Positions 39,891 through 50,429 of a DNA stretch of 64,000 nucleotides are shown in pieces (the first letter of the stretch is position 1; each line of letters begins with the position of its first letter). The notes beneath the pieces were generated by a model. It had not been told where the DNA came from, did not search any database, and saw nothing but the letters and a program-made list of their open reading frames with translations. A program made the position numbers and the translations under genes. Source of the stretch: Cenarchaeum sp. (GTDB taxonomy: Archaea; Thermoproteota; Nitrososphaeria; Nitrososphaerales; Nitrosopumilaceae); assembly GCA_965212015.1 (NCBI GenBank), contig OZ243037.1, positions 1,504,001-1,568,000 of the forward strand, in the 5' to 3' direction.

Positions 39891-40445
39891 TCACATGTAT
39901 GAATTTAGGAGTGATGGAAATGAATTTTCGATGAATGTTGCTACAACAAAGGTTATTAAAAAAACTAGACCGGTGGATAAGCAATACATTGCTCGTTCAA
40001 CCCTTTTTGTTCTTTCATTATATTTTTCATCAATGACTTTTATGGATATACCATACTGCTTTATCATTGACAACATTATTTCTTTTTCTTTACCCTCCAA
40101 ATCCATATCATCACTGATTTCTACTGATATTTCTTTTAGTTGTTTTCTGGTTGTTGCCATGACACCGAACACTATGGAGGAAGTAATCTATATTGCAGAG
40201 GTTATTAACATAAAGGAAGATAATTTGTTTGTGGAAAAATCCAATGAGACCACTCCTATTACGATGATGGATAATATCAGGCCATTTAGCTGTAAAAAAT
40301 TATGGGATTTGGAGTCTAGCTCAGACCAAGAGTTCAAATGCCTGGTGTATTGAGCTTTTACTTCCTCCAAAAGTATCTCTTCACTCGTCTTCATCCGGCT
40401 TTGCCTTTTTTTCCTTTTCTTCCTTGAAGATCGGTCGAGTGCCAA
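39891..40445 (-). pseudogene. membrane protein gene split by an in-frame TAG (40188-40190)
   Basis: ORFs 40188-40445 and 39891-40172 share one frame; the hydrophobic helix continues across the stop (ITSAI*ITSSIVFGV). Confidence 0.65.
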
Positions 40446-40725
40446 TAATTACGCCTTTAGCGGGTCTGTCCTCGTCATCTGACATGTATTATTTAGGTTG
40501 ATGTGGTTATTTAATGTGATCTAAGTCATATCGGCAGAATCCTCCCTCTCTGGGGCTCTATCGGGCAGGGAATGAACTATTTTTTGGACAAGATAATATT
40601 AGAACCGTAATGCGCACCAAATACAGGTGTGTTTTTATCCAATATGGTCCGGAAATCGGCATTTCGGGATGGCGCGAAACCGAAAATTTAACAGGAGGTG
40701 GAGCTTTTGCCATACGGAGAAAGGC

Positions 40726-41196
40726 ATGCTGGCGCCATTTATCAAGTATCTGGAAAAGAACAATCTGGTCGAGTTTGACATACTGGAGGATACCGAAGAG
40801 TGCCTTCAAAACCGGCTCAAGATTCAAAAGTACGCCTTTTTGGCAAAGCATTTCGGACTGGATCTTCCTTTCAAGCACGAGATATACCTGTACGGGCCGT
40901 ACTCTACCTCCCTGACGGAAAAATTCTATGAACTGGCGGAAAATCCAGAGTTGTATGATGCCACAGAACAGCTACAAACATCCTTTCAAAGTCAGGATTT
41001 TCTCGGATTGGTTCAAGGCAAGGATCTGGATTGGCTGGAAACTGCCACGACAATGATGGCCAGAAACAAGGACATTAAGGAAAGGGATGCCCTTGTAGAG
41101 AACATAGAATACATCAAGGGTGGGTTTTCACAAGAGTTTATCACGGACGTATTGGTCGACTTGGAAGATAGAAATCTGCTCAAACTTTATGACTGA
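40726..41196 (+). CDS. YwgA/SocA(Panacea)-like winged-helix protein
   Basis: RLKIQKYAFL...YLYGPYS..L and WLE.ATT motifs; start could be 40669. Confidence 0.7.
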   Translation: MLAPFIKYLEKNNLVEFDILEDTEECLQNRLKIQKYAFLAKHFGLDLPFKHEIYLYGPYSTSLTEKFYELAENPELYDATEQLQTSFQSQDFLGLVQGKDLDWLETATTMMARNKDIKERDALVENIEYIKGGFSQEFITDVLVDLEDRNLLKLYD

Positions 41197-41341
41197 TTTT
41201 TAATTCTTGGTTTTTTGCAGTATTCTTGTAATTTTTTTCCATATTTTATTATCTTCTGATTGCGTAGATTCTGAGTTAAAAGCAATTTATCTGTAATGAA
41301 GGTAGAAAAATCATCTTTGATTGTAACAATATGATTATATT

Positions 41342-41617
41342 TCATATATGTTTTTCTAACCAATCCCTAGTCTCTGTCTTGGCTTCATTGCTTAAGGCAG
41401 CATATTTTTCTTGGATCGGTTTTGTTGTTTTAATCTGATTGAACAGCACAAACGCATTTTTGTTTTCAAGTTTGGCAATTATGAGGCTTATCAAGTCTGA
41501 ATTGTATGGCAATACGGCTATCCCTTTTTCATAACCCTTTATGCCGTCAGTTTTTACGCACGGATAAAATTGAGACAATAATTCGAATGTTTTGTCCTGA
41601 AAGCTTTGTCTAGGCAT
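41342..41617 (-). CDS. hypothetical protein, possibly a frameshifted fragment
   Basis: 91-aa ORF followed by an overlapping short ORF running to about 41190. Confidence 0.4.
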   Translation of the reverse strand: MPRQSFQDKTFELLSQFYPCVKTDGIKGYEKGIAVLPYNSDLISLIIAKLENKNAFVLFNQIKTTKPIQEKYAALSNEAKTETRDWLEKHI

Positions 41618-41967
41618 GGTTTGTTTTATATATTGGCGAATACATTCTATACTATGAAACGCAGATTAAAAGAATTCAAGGTAGGGGATCATTTGATTGT
41701 TACCGAAGACCCCATCAAGGCAAGAATCCGTGAAATTTTTAGCGATTGAATAACCCTGTATCAACCATTTCAGACTTGCACCGGAAACAACCCGGCTCAC
41801 CCACATAATCCACGCAGACACGTGATTTCACCCTCGTGCGTATACATCCCAGACCCACACCACACATTCCAGACGTACCGCAAAAAATAATCGATTCAAT
41901 TGCCGGATGTGCCATAGTAGGGACATGCTGTTTGCAAACCAATAAAGCAAGCAATACACGTGCCCGT

Positions 41968-42411
41968 ATGATGGCAAACTATTGGCTTGCAAAGCAAGAG
42001 CCCGACGGGCCCCGCGGATACAGCTTTGCACAGCTAAAAAGGGACAAAAAGACCACGTGGGACGGCGTCCACAACAATCTGGCACTAAAGCACATGCGTT
42101 CCATGAAAAAAGGAGATCTGGCGCTGTTCTACCACACGGGAGCAGAGAGGAGGGCAGTGGGAATAATGGAGATGACATCGCACCCCTATCCGAATCCTGA
42201 TGAGCAAAACGAGCGCTTTATCACAATCGACGTAAAATACAAAAAAGAGCTAAAAAACCCGGTCACACTCGACGAGATAAAAAGACACAAAGAGTTCTGG
42301 GACTGGGAGCTGCTGAGGATATCGAGGCTTTCAGTCATGCCTGTCCCAAGGAATATCTGGGACGGAATAATGCGCCTCTCGCAGCAGGCGTCAGGTGCGG
42401 GGAAAAGTTAA
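41968..42411 (+). CDS. EVE domain protein
   Basis: YWLAKQEP, WDGVHN, GDLALFYH, RLSVMPV. Confidence 0.92.
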   Translation: MMANYWLAKQEPDGPRGYSFAQLKRDKKTTWDGVHNNLALKHMRSMKKGDLALFYHTGAERRAVGIMEMTSHPYPNPDEQNERFITIDVKYKKELKNPVTLDEIKRHKEFWDWELLRISRLSVMPVPRNIWDGIMRLSQQASGAGKS

Positions 42412-42468
42412 GTAACGCTTAACCCCGTATTAGGATTGATTATATGCGGCATTTGTGACCCATACCCT

Positions 42469-43680
42469 ATGGCAAAGATGCGCCTGCAGTGCAGGGAGTG
42501 CAAAAAAGAGTGCGAGCCGGTATTCCGGTACGTCTGCGACGAGTGCTTCGGACCGCTAGACGTAAAATACGACTTTGGGCACGTAAGCAAGGACACCTTT
42601 GCGGGCCGCATCAACACGTACTGGAGATACTTTGAGATGCTGCCCATACTTGATAAATCAAACATTGTAAGCATTGATGCGGGCATGACGCCGCTGATAA
42701 AGGCAGACAAGCTGGGCAAACAGCTTGGACTGGACAACCTGTACATAAAAAACGACTCTGTAAACCCGACATTCTCATTCAAGGACAGGCCGGCGGGGGT
42801 GGCCGTATCAAAGTCAAAGGAGCTCGGACTGAAATCAGTCGGCTGCGCCTCCACAGGCAACCTGGCGTCGGCGACGGCTGCACATGCGGCAAAGGGCGGA
42901 TTTACATGCCACGTGTTTGCCCCAAGTGACATCGAGGTCCCAAAGATAGCGCAGGCCCTGTCGTACGGCGCCAACTTTGTGGCAATACGCGGCACGTACG
43001 ACGACGCAAACACGATTGCCGCGCAGATAGGCGACAGGCGGGGAATCGGAATCGTAAACATCAACATGAGGCCCTATTACGTTGAGGGCTCAAAGACGCT
43101 TGCATACGAGGTGGCAGAACAATTAGACTGGCAGACGCCGGACCACCTGGTGGTTCCGGTGGGAAGCGGCGCAATGCTCAACTCCATCTGCAAGGGCTTT
43201 GAGGAGCTACAAGAGTTGTCGCTTTTGGGCGACGTCTCTGCAATGAAAATCAATGCCGCGCAGCCCAAAGGATGCGCGCCGATAGTGGACGCATTTGAGG
43301 GCAACTGTGAGATACGCCCGGTGGAGCGACCAGACACGGTGGCAAAAAGCCTGGCCATAGGGGATCCCGGAGACGGGAGGTACGTCCTGAAAAGACTGGC
43401 GCAGTACAACGGCGTTGCGATGGACTCTGCGGACCGGGAGATACTTGATGCCATACTGCTGCTTGCAAGGACGGAGGGAATATTTACGGAACCCGCCGGC
43501 GGCGTCGCCGTCTCCGTACTGCAAAAGATGGCGCAGCAAAAAAAGATAGACCGGGACGAGCTTACAGTATGCTATATCACGGGAAACGGCCTGAAATCCA
43601 CCGAATCCCTGATGCAGGTGCTTGACAGGCCGCAGGAGATGCAGGCCGACGTTGATGCCATATCGGCGGTGATAAGTTGA
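42469..43680 (+). CDS. thrC: threonine synthase (PLP, fold type II)
   Basis: N-terminal CxxC..CxxC, NPTFSFKDR, ASTGN, PVGSG, EPAGG, TGNGLK. Confidence 0.88.
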   Translation: MAKMRLQCRECKKECEPVFRYVCDECFGPLDVKYDFGHVSKDTFAGRINTYWRYFEMLPILDKSNIVSIDAGMTPLIKADKLGKQLGLDNLYIKNDSVNPTFSFKDRPAGVAVSKSKELGLKSVGCASTGNLASATAAHAAKGGFTCHVFAPSDIEVPKIAQALSYGANFVAIRGTYDDANTIAAQIGDRRGIGIVNINMRPYYVEGSKTLAYEVAEQLDWQTPDHLVVPVGSGAMLNSICKGFEELQELSLLGDVSAMKINAAQPKGCAPIVDAFEGNCEIRPVERPDTVAKSLAIGDPGDGRYVLKRLAQYNGVAMDSADREILDAILLLARTEGIFTEPAGGVAVSVLQKMAQQKKIDRDELTVCYITGNGLKSTESLMQVLDRPQEMQADVDAISAVIS

Positions 43681-44984
43681 CCGTAACGTTTGTGGTGCCG
43701 TCGGTGCTAAACTCCGGCAAGGGTGAAAAAAGAATAACACTTGACGCCCCCACGCTAGGCGAGGCAGTCTCCCTCCTTGCAAAAGAGATGGACGGTGACT
43801 TTACGCGGCGCGTCTTTGAGGGCGACGGCTCTGTGCGCGCGCTGATAAACGTCTACATAAACGGCAAGAATGCAAAGTTTTCAGGCGGCATGAGCTATAA
43901 GCTTGAGGACGGCGACGAGCTGTACATACTGCCGGCGGTGGCAGGCGGCTCTGAGCTGACAGAGGCAGAAAAGGACAGGTACTCGCGCCAGATCATGCTA
44001 GAGCAGATAGGATACGCCGGGCAGCTAAAGCTCCGGTCGGCCCGGGTGTGCGTGATAGGCGTGGGCGGCCTTGGAAACCCCATAGTGTCGCGCCTCACCG
44101 CAATGGGGGTGGGATTTTTGCGCATCATAGACCGCGATGTAATAGAGAGCTCCAACCTGCACCGCCAGACGCTCTTTGAGGAGGGGGACATTGGCGACAT
44201 AAAGGTAGAGGCCGCCGCCAAAAAGCTGCGCAAGCTCAACTCGGGCGTGCAAATCGAGGCGCTTCCAGTATCAGTAAACGAGTATACCGCGCCGGACGTA
44301 ATAGAGGGCTGCGACGTTGTAATTGACGCGCTAGACAGCGTGAATGCCCGGTACGCCCTGAATCGCGCATGCGTGGAGAAAAAAATCCCGTTTGTGACCG
44401 GCGCCGCAGTCGGCGTCTCGGGGCAGGCCTTTAGCGTGGTCGACGGCTCTGCGTGCTATTGCTGCGTCTTTCCGGACCTGGACGAGGATTCCATGCCGAC
44501 CTGCTCAATTGAGGGCGTGCACCCGCCGATACTGTCGCTAGTCGGCGCAGTCCAGGTCTCTGAAGCAGTAAAGATCATCCTCGGACAAAAGCCCGGATTG
44601 TCCGAGCGCATGCTATCGATGGATCTGTCGGGGCCGGACTTTGCGTTTGTGCGCACGCAGCGCGTCGCAGAATGCCCCGTGTGTGGCTCCGGCGTCAGAA
44701 AAGAGACTGCAAAAAAACCGCTGATAATAGAGGAGCTGTGCGGGAGAAACAGGGGAAAGCGGACGTTTTCGCTGACGCCTACGGCGCAGTTTGATTTAGA
44801 CTTTGATGCGGTGGAAAAGCTTGCACGCAAAAAAGGCTATGCCGTGGAGCGCCACAGCATGGGAATTTTAATGCAAAACACGGACTGCTCTGTGAGCTTT
44901 ATGAAGCACGGCTCTGCGGTGCTAGTCGGGCCCAAGGACGAGGATGCCGCAACAGTGCTGTACGAGTCGCTTTTGGGCAGATAA
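43677..44984 (+). CDS. ThiS/MoaD ubiquitin-like domain fused to a ThiF/MoeB E1-like adenylyltransferase
   Basis: ILPAVAGG internal di-glycine, RYSRQ, GVGGLG, SNLHRQ, CYCC..CPVC. Confidence 0.92.
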   Translation: MTVTFVVPSVLNSGKGEKRITLDAPTLGEAVSLLAKEMDGDFTRRVFEGDGSVRALINVYINGKNAKFSGGMSYKLEDGDELYILPAVAGGSELTEAEKDRYSRQIMLEQIGYAGQLKLRSARVCVIGVGGLGNPIVSRLTAMGVGFLRIIDRDVIESSNLHRQTLFEEGDIGDIKVEAAAKKLRKLNSGVQIEALPVSVNEYTAPDVIEGCDVVIDALDSVNARYALNRACVEKKIPFVTGAAVGVSGQAFSVVDGSACYCCVFPDLDEDSMPTCSIEGVHPPILSLVGAVQVSEAVKIILGQKPGLSERMLSMDLSGPDFAFVRTQRVAECPVCGSGVRKETAKKPLIIEELCGRNRGKRTFSLTPTAQFDLDFDAVEKLARKKGYAVERHSMGILMQNTDCSVSFMKHGSAVLVGPKDEDAATVLYESLLGR

Positions 44985-45056
44985 CCACACGCCGCAACAT
45001 GCCATGCCGCGCACCTGTTTGCGCGCAATTATATGCGGCAAAACAATTCACAAGAC

Positions 45057-45752
45057 ATGCCAAAGACGGTAATAATACCGGACATTCACACGAAATTCTC
45101 TGCTGCAGAGTTTGTAATAGGCAGGGAAAAACCCGACAGAACGGTGTTTCTGGGAGATTACTTTGACTCGTATTACGAGACGGAATCGGACACCCACAAC
45201 ACCGCGCAGTGGCTGTATGAATCGCTGCAAAATAAAGACAGGACGCACCTGATTGGAAACCATGATCTCAGCTATATGGCTGCAAACCCGAGGCTGAAAT
45301 GCTCGGGATTTTCCGAATCAAAACAGTTCATAATAAACAAGTACAAGATACCGTGGGAACAGCTAAGGCCGTACTGCTATGTAGGGGACTATCTGTGCAC
45401 CCATGCCGGAATAAGCAGGAATTTCTTCGAGCAGTACGCCACGACCGGCCTTGCCGAATTCATCGCAGAATCCGACGAGGACGTAATGCACCTTGATGAC
45501 GGGCGCTACCGGGACAGGTTTTTTCAGGCAGGAACGCTGCGCGGCGGCACCGCCGGGTGCGGCGGAATCTTTTGGTGCGACTATGACGAGTTTGAGGACA
45601 TTGCCGGCACAAGGCAGGTATTTGGCCACACCCGCGCAGACGATGTGCGGCAGACAGAACACCACATCTGTCTGGACACCGGGCTGAACCACTATGCGGT
45701 GCATGAAAACGGCAAAATAAGGGTCGTAAAGACAGGCGGGCCCCGGCCCTGA
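45057..45752 (+). CDS. calcineurin-like metallophosphoesterase
   Basis: DIH, GDYFD, GNHD, HAG, GHT, LDTG. Confidence 0.88.
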   Translation: MPKTVIIPDIHTKFSAAEFVIGREKPDRTVFLGDYFDSYYETESDTHNTAQWLYESLQNKDRTHLIGNHDLSYMAANPRLKCSGFSESKQFIINKYKIPWEQLRPYCYVGDYLCTHAGISRNFFEQYATTGLAEFIAESDEDVMHLDDGRYRDRFFQAGTLRGGTAGCGGIFWCDYDEFEDIAGTRQVFGHTRADDVRQTEHHICLDTGLNHYAVHENGKIRVVKTGGPRP

Positions 45753-45874
45753 TTCCTGCCAGAAAACGGGCCTGACCATGCCGTGCCTGACTGGGCACCT
45801 GCCCCTCTTGCCCCGCCGGCGCATGCGCTACTCGCTCCAAAAGCAATATCTATTACAAAACACACCGGTTTTCA

Positions 45875-46834
45875 TTGAAGATACTGATAATGCTGCTTTT
45901 GGCGCTGCCGGCGGGCCTTGCGGGGGCCGAAGAGATAACGGCATTTACCAACAGCGTGGCGTACTCTGACGGCCAGCCGCTGTTCGTGTACGGGACTGCG
46001 GCCCCCGGCGAGAGCCTGATTGTGAGGCTGTTTGCGCCAGACGGGACGATTGCAAAGTTCGACCAGACTATAGCGGACCCCGAAAACGGATCCTTCAACC
46101 ACGGGCTTTTGGTGTGGCCGGAATCCTCGCCGAGCTTTCCGTACGGCACGTACACAGTGGAGGTGATAAGCACAAAGCAGGACATGCTGTCGCATGTTAT
46201 TGACGTAAAGTTCACGTCAAGCTCCGAGCTAGTCGGCGTGCCGGTGGACAGGCAGATAAACACGCTGGTATTTGCGCCGGACACTGCCGCAGTAAACGCA
46301 ATGCTGCGCGTCTTTGTCCAGTCGACTAGCGACGGGCAGCTGATCGGCGGGCATCCTGACAAGCTGCTAAAGACCACGCACGTCCACCTTCCGGACGGCA
46401 CCGTGCAGAGGATTGCCGACTCGTTTCAGACGCTGCACCAGGGGCTGTATTATGCGGACTATACGCCAACGCAGCTGGGAACATACGTGTTTCATGTTGT
46501 GACGTTTCACCAGGGCGTGGTCTCGCACGGCTCGTTTGCCACGATAGTGCAGAGACAGGACATCGGGGGGATATCAGAAGAGATCCGCACGCTCAACACG
46601 ATTCTTCACGAATCTTCTGACGAGCTAGACAGGCTAAAGTCAGAGATTGCCGAGTTTGGCGTGATACTGGAGCAGGCCCACCAGAACCTGGACTCTAGCG
46701 TGGTGTCGGTGTCCGACTCTGTGTCCAACATCGAGGAGGCATCCGTGCAGCTCAACTCGCTTTTGTTTCCCGTGGTTGCATCGATTGCGGTGATTGTCGC
46801 ACTACAGATTATAATACTGGCAAGGCGCAGATAG
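45875..46834 (+). CDS. exported protein with signal peptide, coiled coil and C-terminal TM anchor
   Basis: Signal peptide; C-terminal TM followed by RRR. Confidence 0.8.
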   Translation: MKILIMLLLALPAGLAGAEEITAFTNSVAYSDGQPLFVYGTAAPGESLIVRLFAPDGTIAKFDQTIADPENGSFNHGLLVWPESSPSFPYGTYTVEVISTKQDMLSHVIDVKFTSSSELVGVPVDRQINTLVFAPDTAAVNAMLRVFVQSTSDGQLIGGHPDKLLKTTHVHLPDGTVQRIADSFQTLHQGLYYADYTPTQLGTYVFHVVTFHQGVVSHGSFATIVQRQDIGGISEEIRTLNTILHESSDELDRLKSEIAEFGVILEQAHQNLDSSVVSVSDSVSNIEEASVQLNSLLFPVVASIAVIVALQIIILARRR

Positions 46835-46838
46835 TGCA

Positions 46839-49800
46839 ATGAGGGCCGTCCTGCTGGTTCTTGCCTGCGTGACTACCGGCGGCGCATCGGCGTTTCTGGG
46901 AGGCGACCTGCTGTACGAGGACGAGACGATCACGCCGCACTCCGGAATACTGGGAGTTCCTGAGGGCACGCACGACGCAAAGGTGTGGCGCTATCTGGTG
47001 TTTGGCGAGGGCCGCATGCCAGTAGATGCTGCGCGCCATGCAAGCTCGGAGAACGGGTTTTTTCTGATAACCGCACTTGAGGAGGGGCAGGCATCCTCGC
47101 TTGCGGCACGCGGGTATTCCGTAATTCCGGACTTTGAGATAGACTTGCACTCAGAAATGGGAACGCCGGCGCTGTCTGCGTACGAGAGCGAGTTTGAATA
47201 CACGGGTGAGGGCGTCACGGTGGCGATAATAGACACGGGGGTGGACTTTTCAAACCCGGACATGATGCACGCACTTGCACGGGATTCTGACTATAACCCC
47301 GTAATGCTTGATGCAGACGGGCAGGGCATCGTGCTGACCAACGCCACGTTTGCCGCAAACATTGACCCAAACGGCATACTGCGCAACCACACAGGCTCGC
47401 TGCCAGAAAACGTGACTTCGGGCGTGTATGCCACCAAACAGGGGGTGTTCCTTGACGTGGAGCGGGGCGGCGAGGGCACCACCATCCAGGTATACAATTC
47501 ATTTTTTCCGCACAACGGCATAGAGCCGGTGTTCAACGGGACGCTGGATGACGACATGAGGATCGGCGAGAGCTCCCGGCAGTACATAGAGTCAAAAAGC
47601 GGCCTGTACCGGCTGGGCGTGATATACCAGGGGGCGCTCTCCGGCCCGTACACCGGGCTGCAAACCATACCCGTACTGCTGGTGGATTCCGAGACTGCCG
47701 GCGTGTACGACACGATAATACCTGATATGTCCACCGGGTGGGAGGACTATGCCGGCGACGGCGACTATGACTTTGACTTTACCGACGAGCGGCCAGTAGT
47801 GATTGGGCGCGGGCAGGAGTTTCTCACGTACGACTCTGACGGCGACGGGCGGGACGACTTTAGCGCGGGGACAGTCGGGGCGCATGTCGTGGATGTGTAC
47901 GGCGTGATTGCCGACGAGCCGGACATTGATGACATTGCCGGCGTGCTAAACGCCACGCTGCTGCCGCCGCTTGATCCCGGCGGCGAGTTTTTCGGAATAA
48001 TGACGGACTTTGTAGGCCACGGGACCTCTAGTGCTGCCACCATAGTCTCAAACGGGACACAGGAATACGGCATTTACAACAAGACCTCAAAGCACACCAT
48101 ACGGGGGGTGGCGCCAGACGCCAAGATAGTGCCGATAAAGGCGCTGTGGTTTGGCGATACAGTGTACGCCTCGCTGTGGGCCGCAGGCTTTGACTCGCAG
48201 GGAAACTGGACGTTCTCAGGTGCGCCGCGCGCGGACATTATATCGAACAGCTGGGGCGTGTCGACCTTTCCCCTCATAGGGCAGGCCCCCGGCCTTGACC
48301 TGCTATCTCTGATACAAAGCGCGCTTGCCACGCCAAACTCGCTTGACAGGAGGTATCCGGGCGTATTGATTGTAAACAGCGCGGGAAATTCCGGGCACGG
48401 CTATGGCACGATAGGGTTTCCGGGAACGGCGCCGTTTGCCATAACGGTGGGTGCTGCCACTGACAATGTCTTTGTGGGGCATGGATCCTTTCAGGGCGAG
48501 CCGCGGTTTGGCAACGACACGGACAACGCAGGACAGCTAGTCGACTTTTCAAGCAGGGGCCCGGGCATAGTCGGGGATCCAAAGCCGGAGCTGATGGGGA
48601 CAGGCGCGTACGGGTTTGTGCCGTCATCTGTCAACGGGCAGGATGACTCTACGGAGGGGCCGTTTTCGCTGTTTGGGGGCACCAGCATGGCCGCACCCAT
48701 AGTGTCGGCAAGCGCAGCGCTGGTAATGCAGGCCCTCGGCGAGCAGAACCAGGACTATGATCCGTTCCGCGTAAAAAACATCCTGGTCTCGACTGCACTC
48801 GACATGCAAAACGATCCGCTGGCGCAGGGGGCCGGCATGGTGGACGCCGACGGCGGAATACGATTCGTACTGGGCGAGCCGGGATACTTTATAGTCCACA
48901 ACGACGCCTCGTACGGCAACATCAAGGAGATACTTGACGTGCCGATAGAGGCGACAAACTCTACGGTGTACGGGCTGGACCGATTCAAGCTTCCCTCAAA
49001 GAGCTTTGATCAGGCCACGTGGTTTGGCGGGCACCTGCTGCCCGGCGAGCGCAGCACGGCGCGCCTTACGGTGGAAAACCCGTCGTCTGAGACACTCGAG
49101 CTCTCAGTTGCCGCAGAAAAGCTGTCCCTGATATACAGGACACAGTACGACGGCAACACGGTGCCGATGCAGCAGGATCCCGTCCTGAACAAGTCCGGGG
49201 TGTACGCGCCAAACTATATCCGGCTGGGCGACATCAGAGAATATCCGGATCTCCCGTCGTACTTTGACGCACCAGAGGAGATTCCCGCCGATGCGTCACT
49301 GATGATACTCAATGTCAACTTTCCGTTCGGCGAGTTTATGAACATGACGGATCCCGTCTTTGCAAACGACATGAAAATCTCGTCGCTCTATCTTTATGAC
49401 TGGAATGACGACAATGACACGCGCGTATCTAGTGAGGAGCTGTCCCTTGTAAACAGGGCGGGGGCGTGGGGGACAGTCCAGGAGATGCGGGTATCCGATC
49501 CCGCAGAACAGTTCGCCGGCGTGCCGCTAGTGGGGGTGTACCCGGTGCCCGTAAGGTACTCGTACTGGTCTGCCGCTACTGAGAACAATGCCACCTCGAT
49601 TGACTATGATCTGTCGGCAAGCTATTACAAAAAGGAAAAATGGGACGCAGTGTGGCTTGACAGGTTCGCACTCGAGATCCCCCCGCACAGTACCGCCCAG
49701 GTTGCCGCCACCATAGTGGTTCCAGATCACTTTCAGACTGGGGTGTACCAGGGATTCGTTAGCTTTCGCGGGACCAACCACACGGTAAACGTGCCGGTCA

Positions 49801-50336
49801 CGTTTGGCGTAAAGCAGCAGGCAGACGCCGACTCTGTATTGGTGATAGAAGGCAAGGCAGGCGATGACGTGGTGTTTGGAAACGGGTATTTCAAGGGCGC
49901 CTTTGACATGGTGAACCGCTATATGGCAGGCGACTGGCGGCAGTTTTACTTTGACGTGCAGGACCCGTCTATCAACACGGGAATCTTTGACGTGTTCTGG
50001 GAGGATCCGGACACGCACCTTTCGCTGTTTGCAGTCGACCCGCGGGGAAGGGTCGTCCACTCCAACGTGCAGCCTGGCGTCTTTGGACACTTTCAGGGTT
50101 GGCCAAGCTCCGACTGGCTTGGCATCTCGCCGTTCAGCCAGGGCGGGGGGTTTTTTCCCACAGGCTCAAAGTCGCCTGCGTCATCTGCAATGTACGTGCC
50201 GATCAACCAGACCGGGACATATTCCATTCTTGCGCATTCCGGCCTGTTTGGGGGCAACTTTACCACAGAAGAGATTACCGTTGCGGCAAAGTTTACGAGC
50301 ATTCCGCAGTATGATCCAGAGTCCCCTGCGGGATAG
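46839..50336 (+). CDS. secreted S8 subtilisin-like serine peptidase
   Basis: Catalytic triad IDTG, GHGT, GTSMAAP; oxyanion AGNSG; signal peptide. Confidence 0.95.
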   Translation: MRAVLLVLACVTTGGASAFLGGDLLYEDETITPHSGILGVPEGTHDAKVWRYLVFGEGRMPVDAARHASSENGFFLITALEEGQASSLAARGYSVIPDFEIDLHSEMGTPALSAYESEFEYTGEGVTVAIIDTGVDFSNPDMMHALARDSDYNPVMLDADGQGIVLTNATFAANIDPNGILRNHTGSLPENVTSGVYATKQGVFLDVERGGEGTTIQVYNSFFPHNGIEPVFNGTLDDDMRIGESSRQYIESKSGLYRLGVIYQGALSGPYTGLQTIPVLLVDSETAGVYDTIIPDMSTGWEDYAGDGDYDFDFTDERPVVIGRGQEFLTYDSDGDGRDDFSAGTVGAHVVDVYGVIADEPDIDDIAGVLNATLLPPLDPGGEFFGIMTDFVGHGTSSAATIVSNGTQEYGIYNKTSKHTIRGVAPDAKIVPIKALWFGDTVYASLWAAGFDSQGNWTFSGAPRADIISNSWGVSTFPLIGQAPGLDLLSLIQSALATPNSLDRRYPGVLIVNSAGNSGHGYGTIGFPGTAPFAITVGAATDNVFVGHGSFQGEPRFGNDTDNAGQLVDFSSRGPGIVGDPKPELMGTGAYGFVPSSVNGQDDSTEGPFSLFGGTSMAAPIVSASAALVMQALGEQNQDYDPFRVKNILVSTALDMQNDPLAQGAGMVDADGGIRFVLGEPGYFIVHNDASYGNIKEILDVPIEATNSTVYGLDRFKLPSKSFDQATWFGGHLLPGERSTARLTVENPSSETLELSVAAEKLSLIYRTQYDGNTVPMQQDPVLNKSGVYAPNYIRLGDIREYPDLPSYFDAPEEIPADASLMILNVNFPFGEFMNMTDPVFANDMKISSLYLYDWNDDNDTRVSSEELSLVNRAGAWGTVQEMRVSDPAEQFAGVPLVGVYPVPVRYSYWSAATENNATSIDYDLSASYYKKEKWDAVWLDRFALEIPPHSTAQVAATIVVPDHFQTGVYQGFVSFRGTNHTVNVPVTFGVKQQADADSVLVIEGKAGDDVVFGNGYFKGAFDMVNRYMAGDWRQFYFDVQDPSINTGIFDVFWEDPDTHLSLFAVDPRGRVVHSNVQPGVFGHFQGWPSSDWLGISPFSQGGGFFPTGSKSPASSAMYVPINQTGTYSILAHSGLFGGNFTTEEITVAAKFTSIPQYDPESPAG

Positions 50337-50429
50337 CGCGGTGTAGTGTCAGAAAGAATCACCGATCCAAATCTCTCTGCAGCTGATTTAATGTATGATT
50401 CCCCAAATCCGGAAAAACACAGCGGCGTT

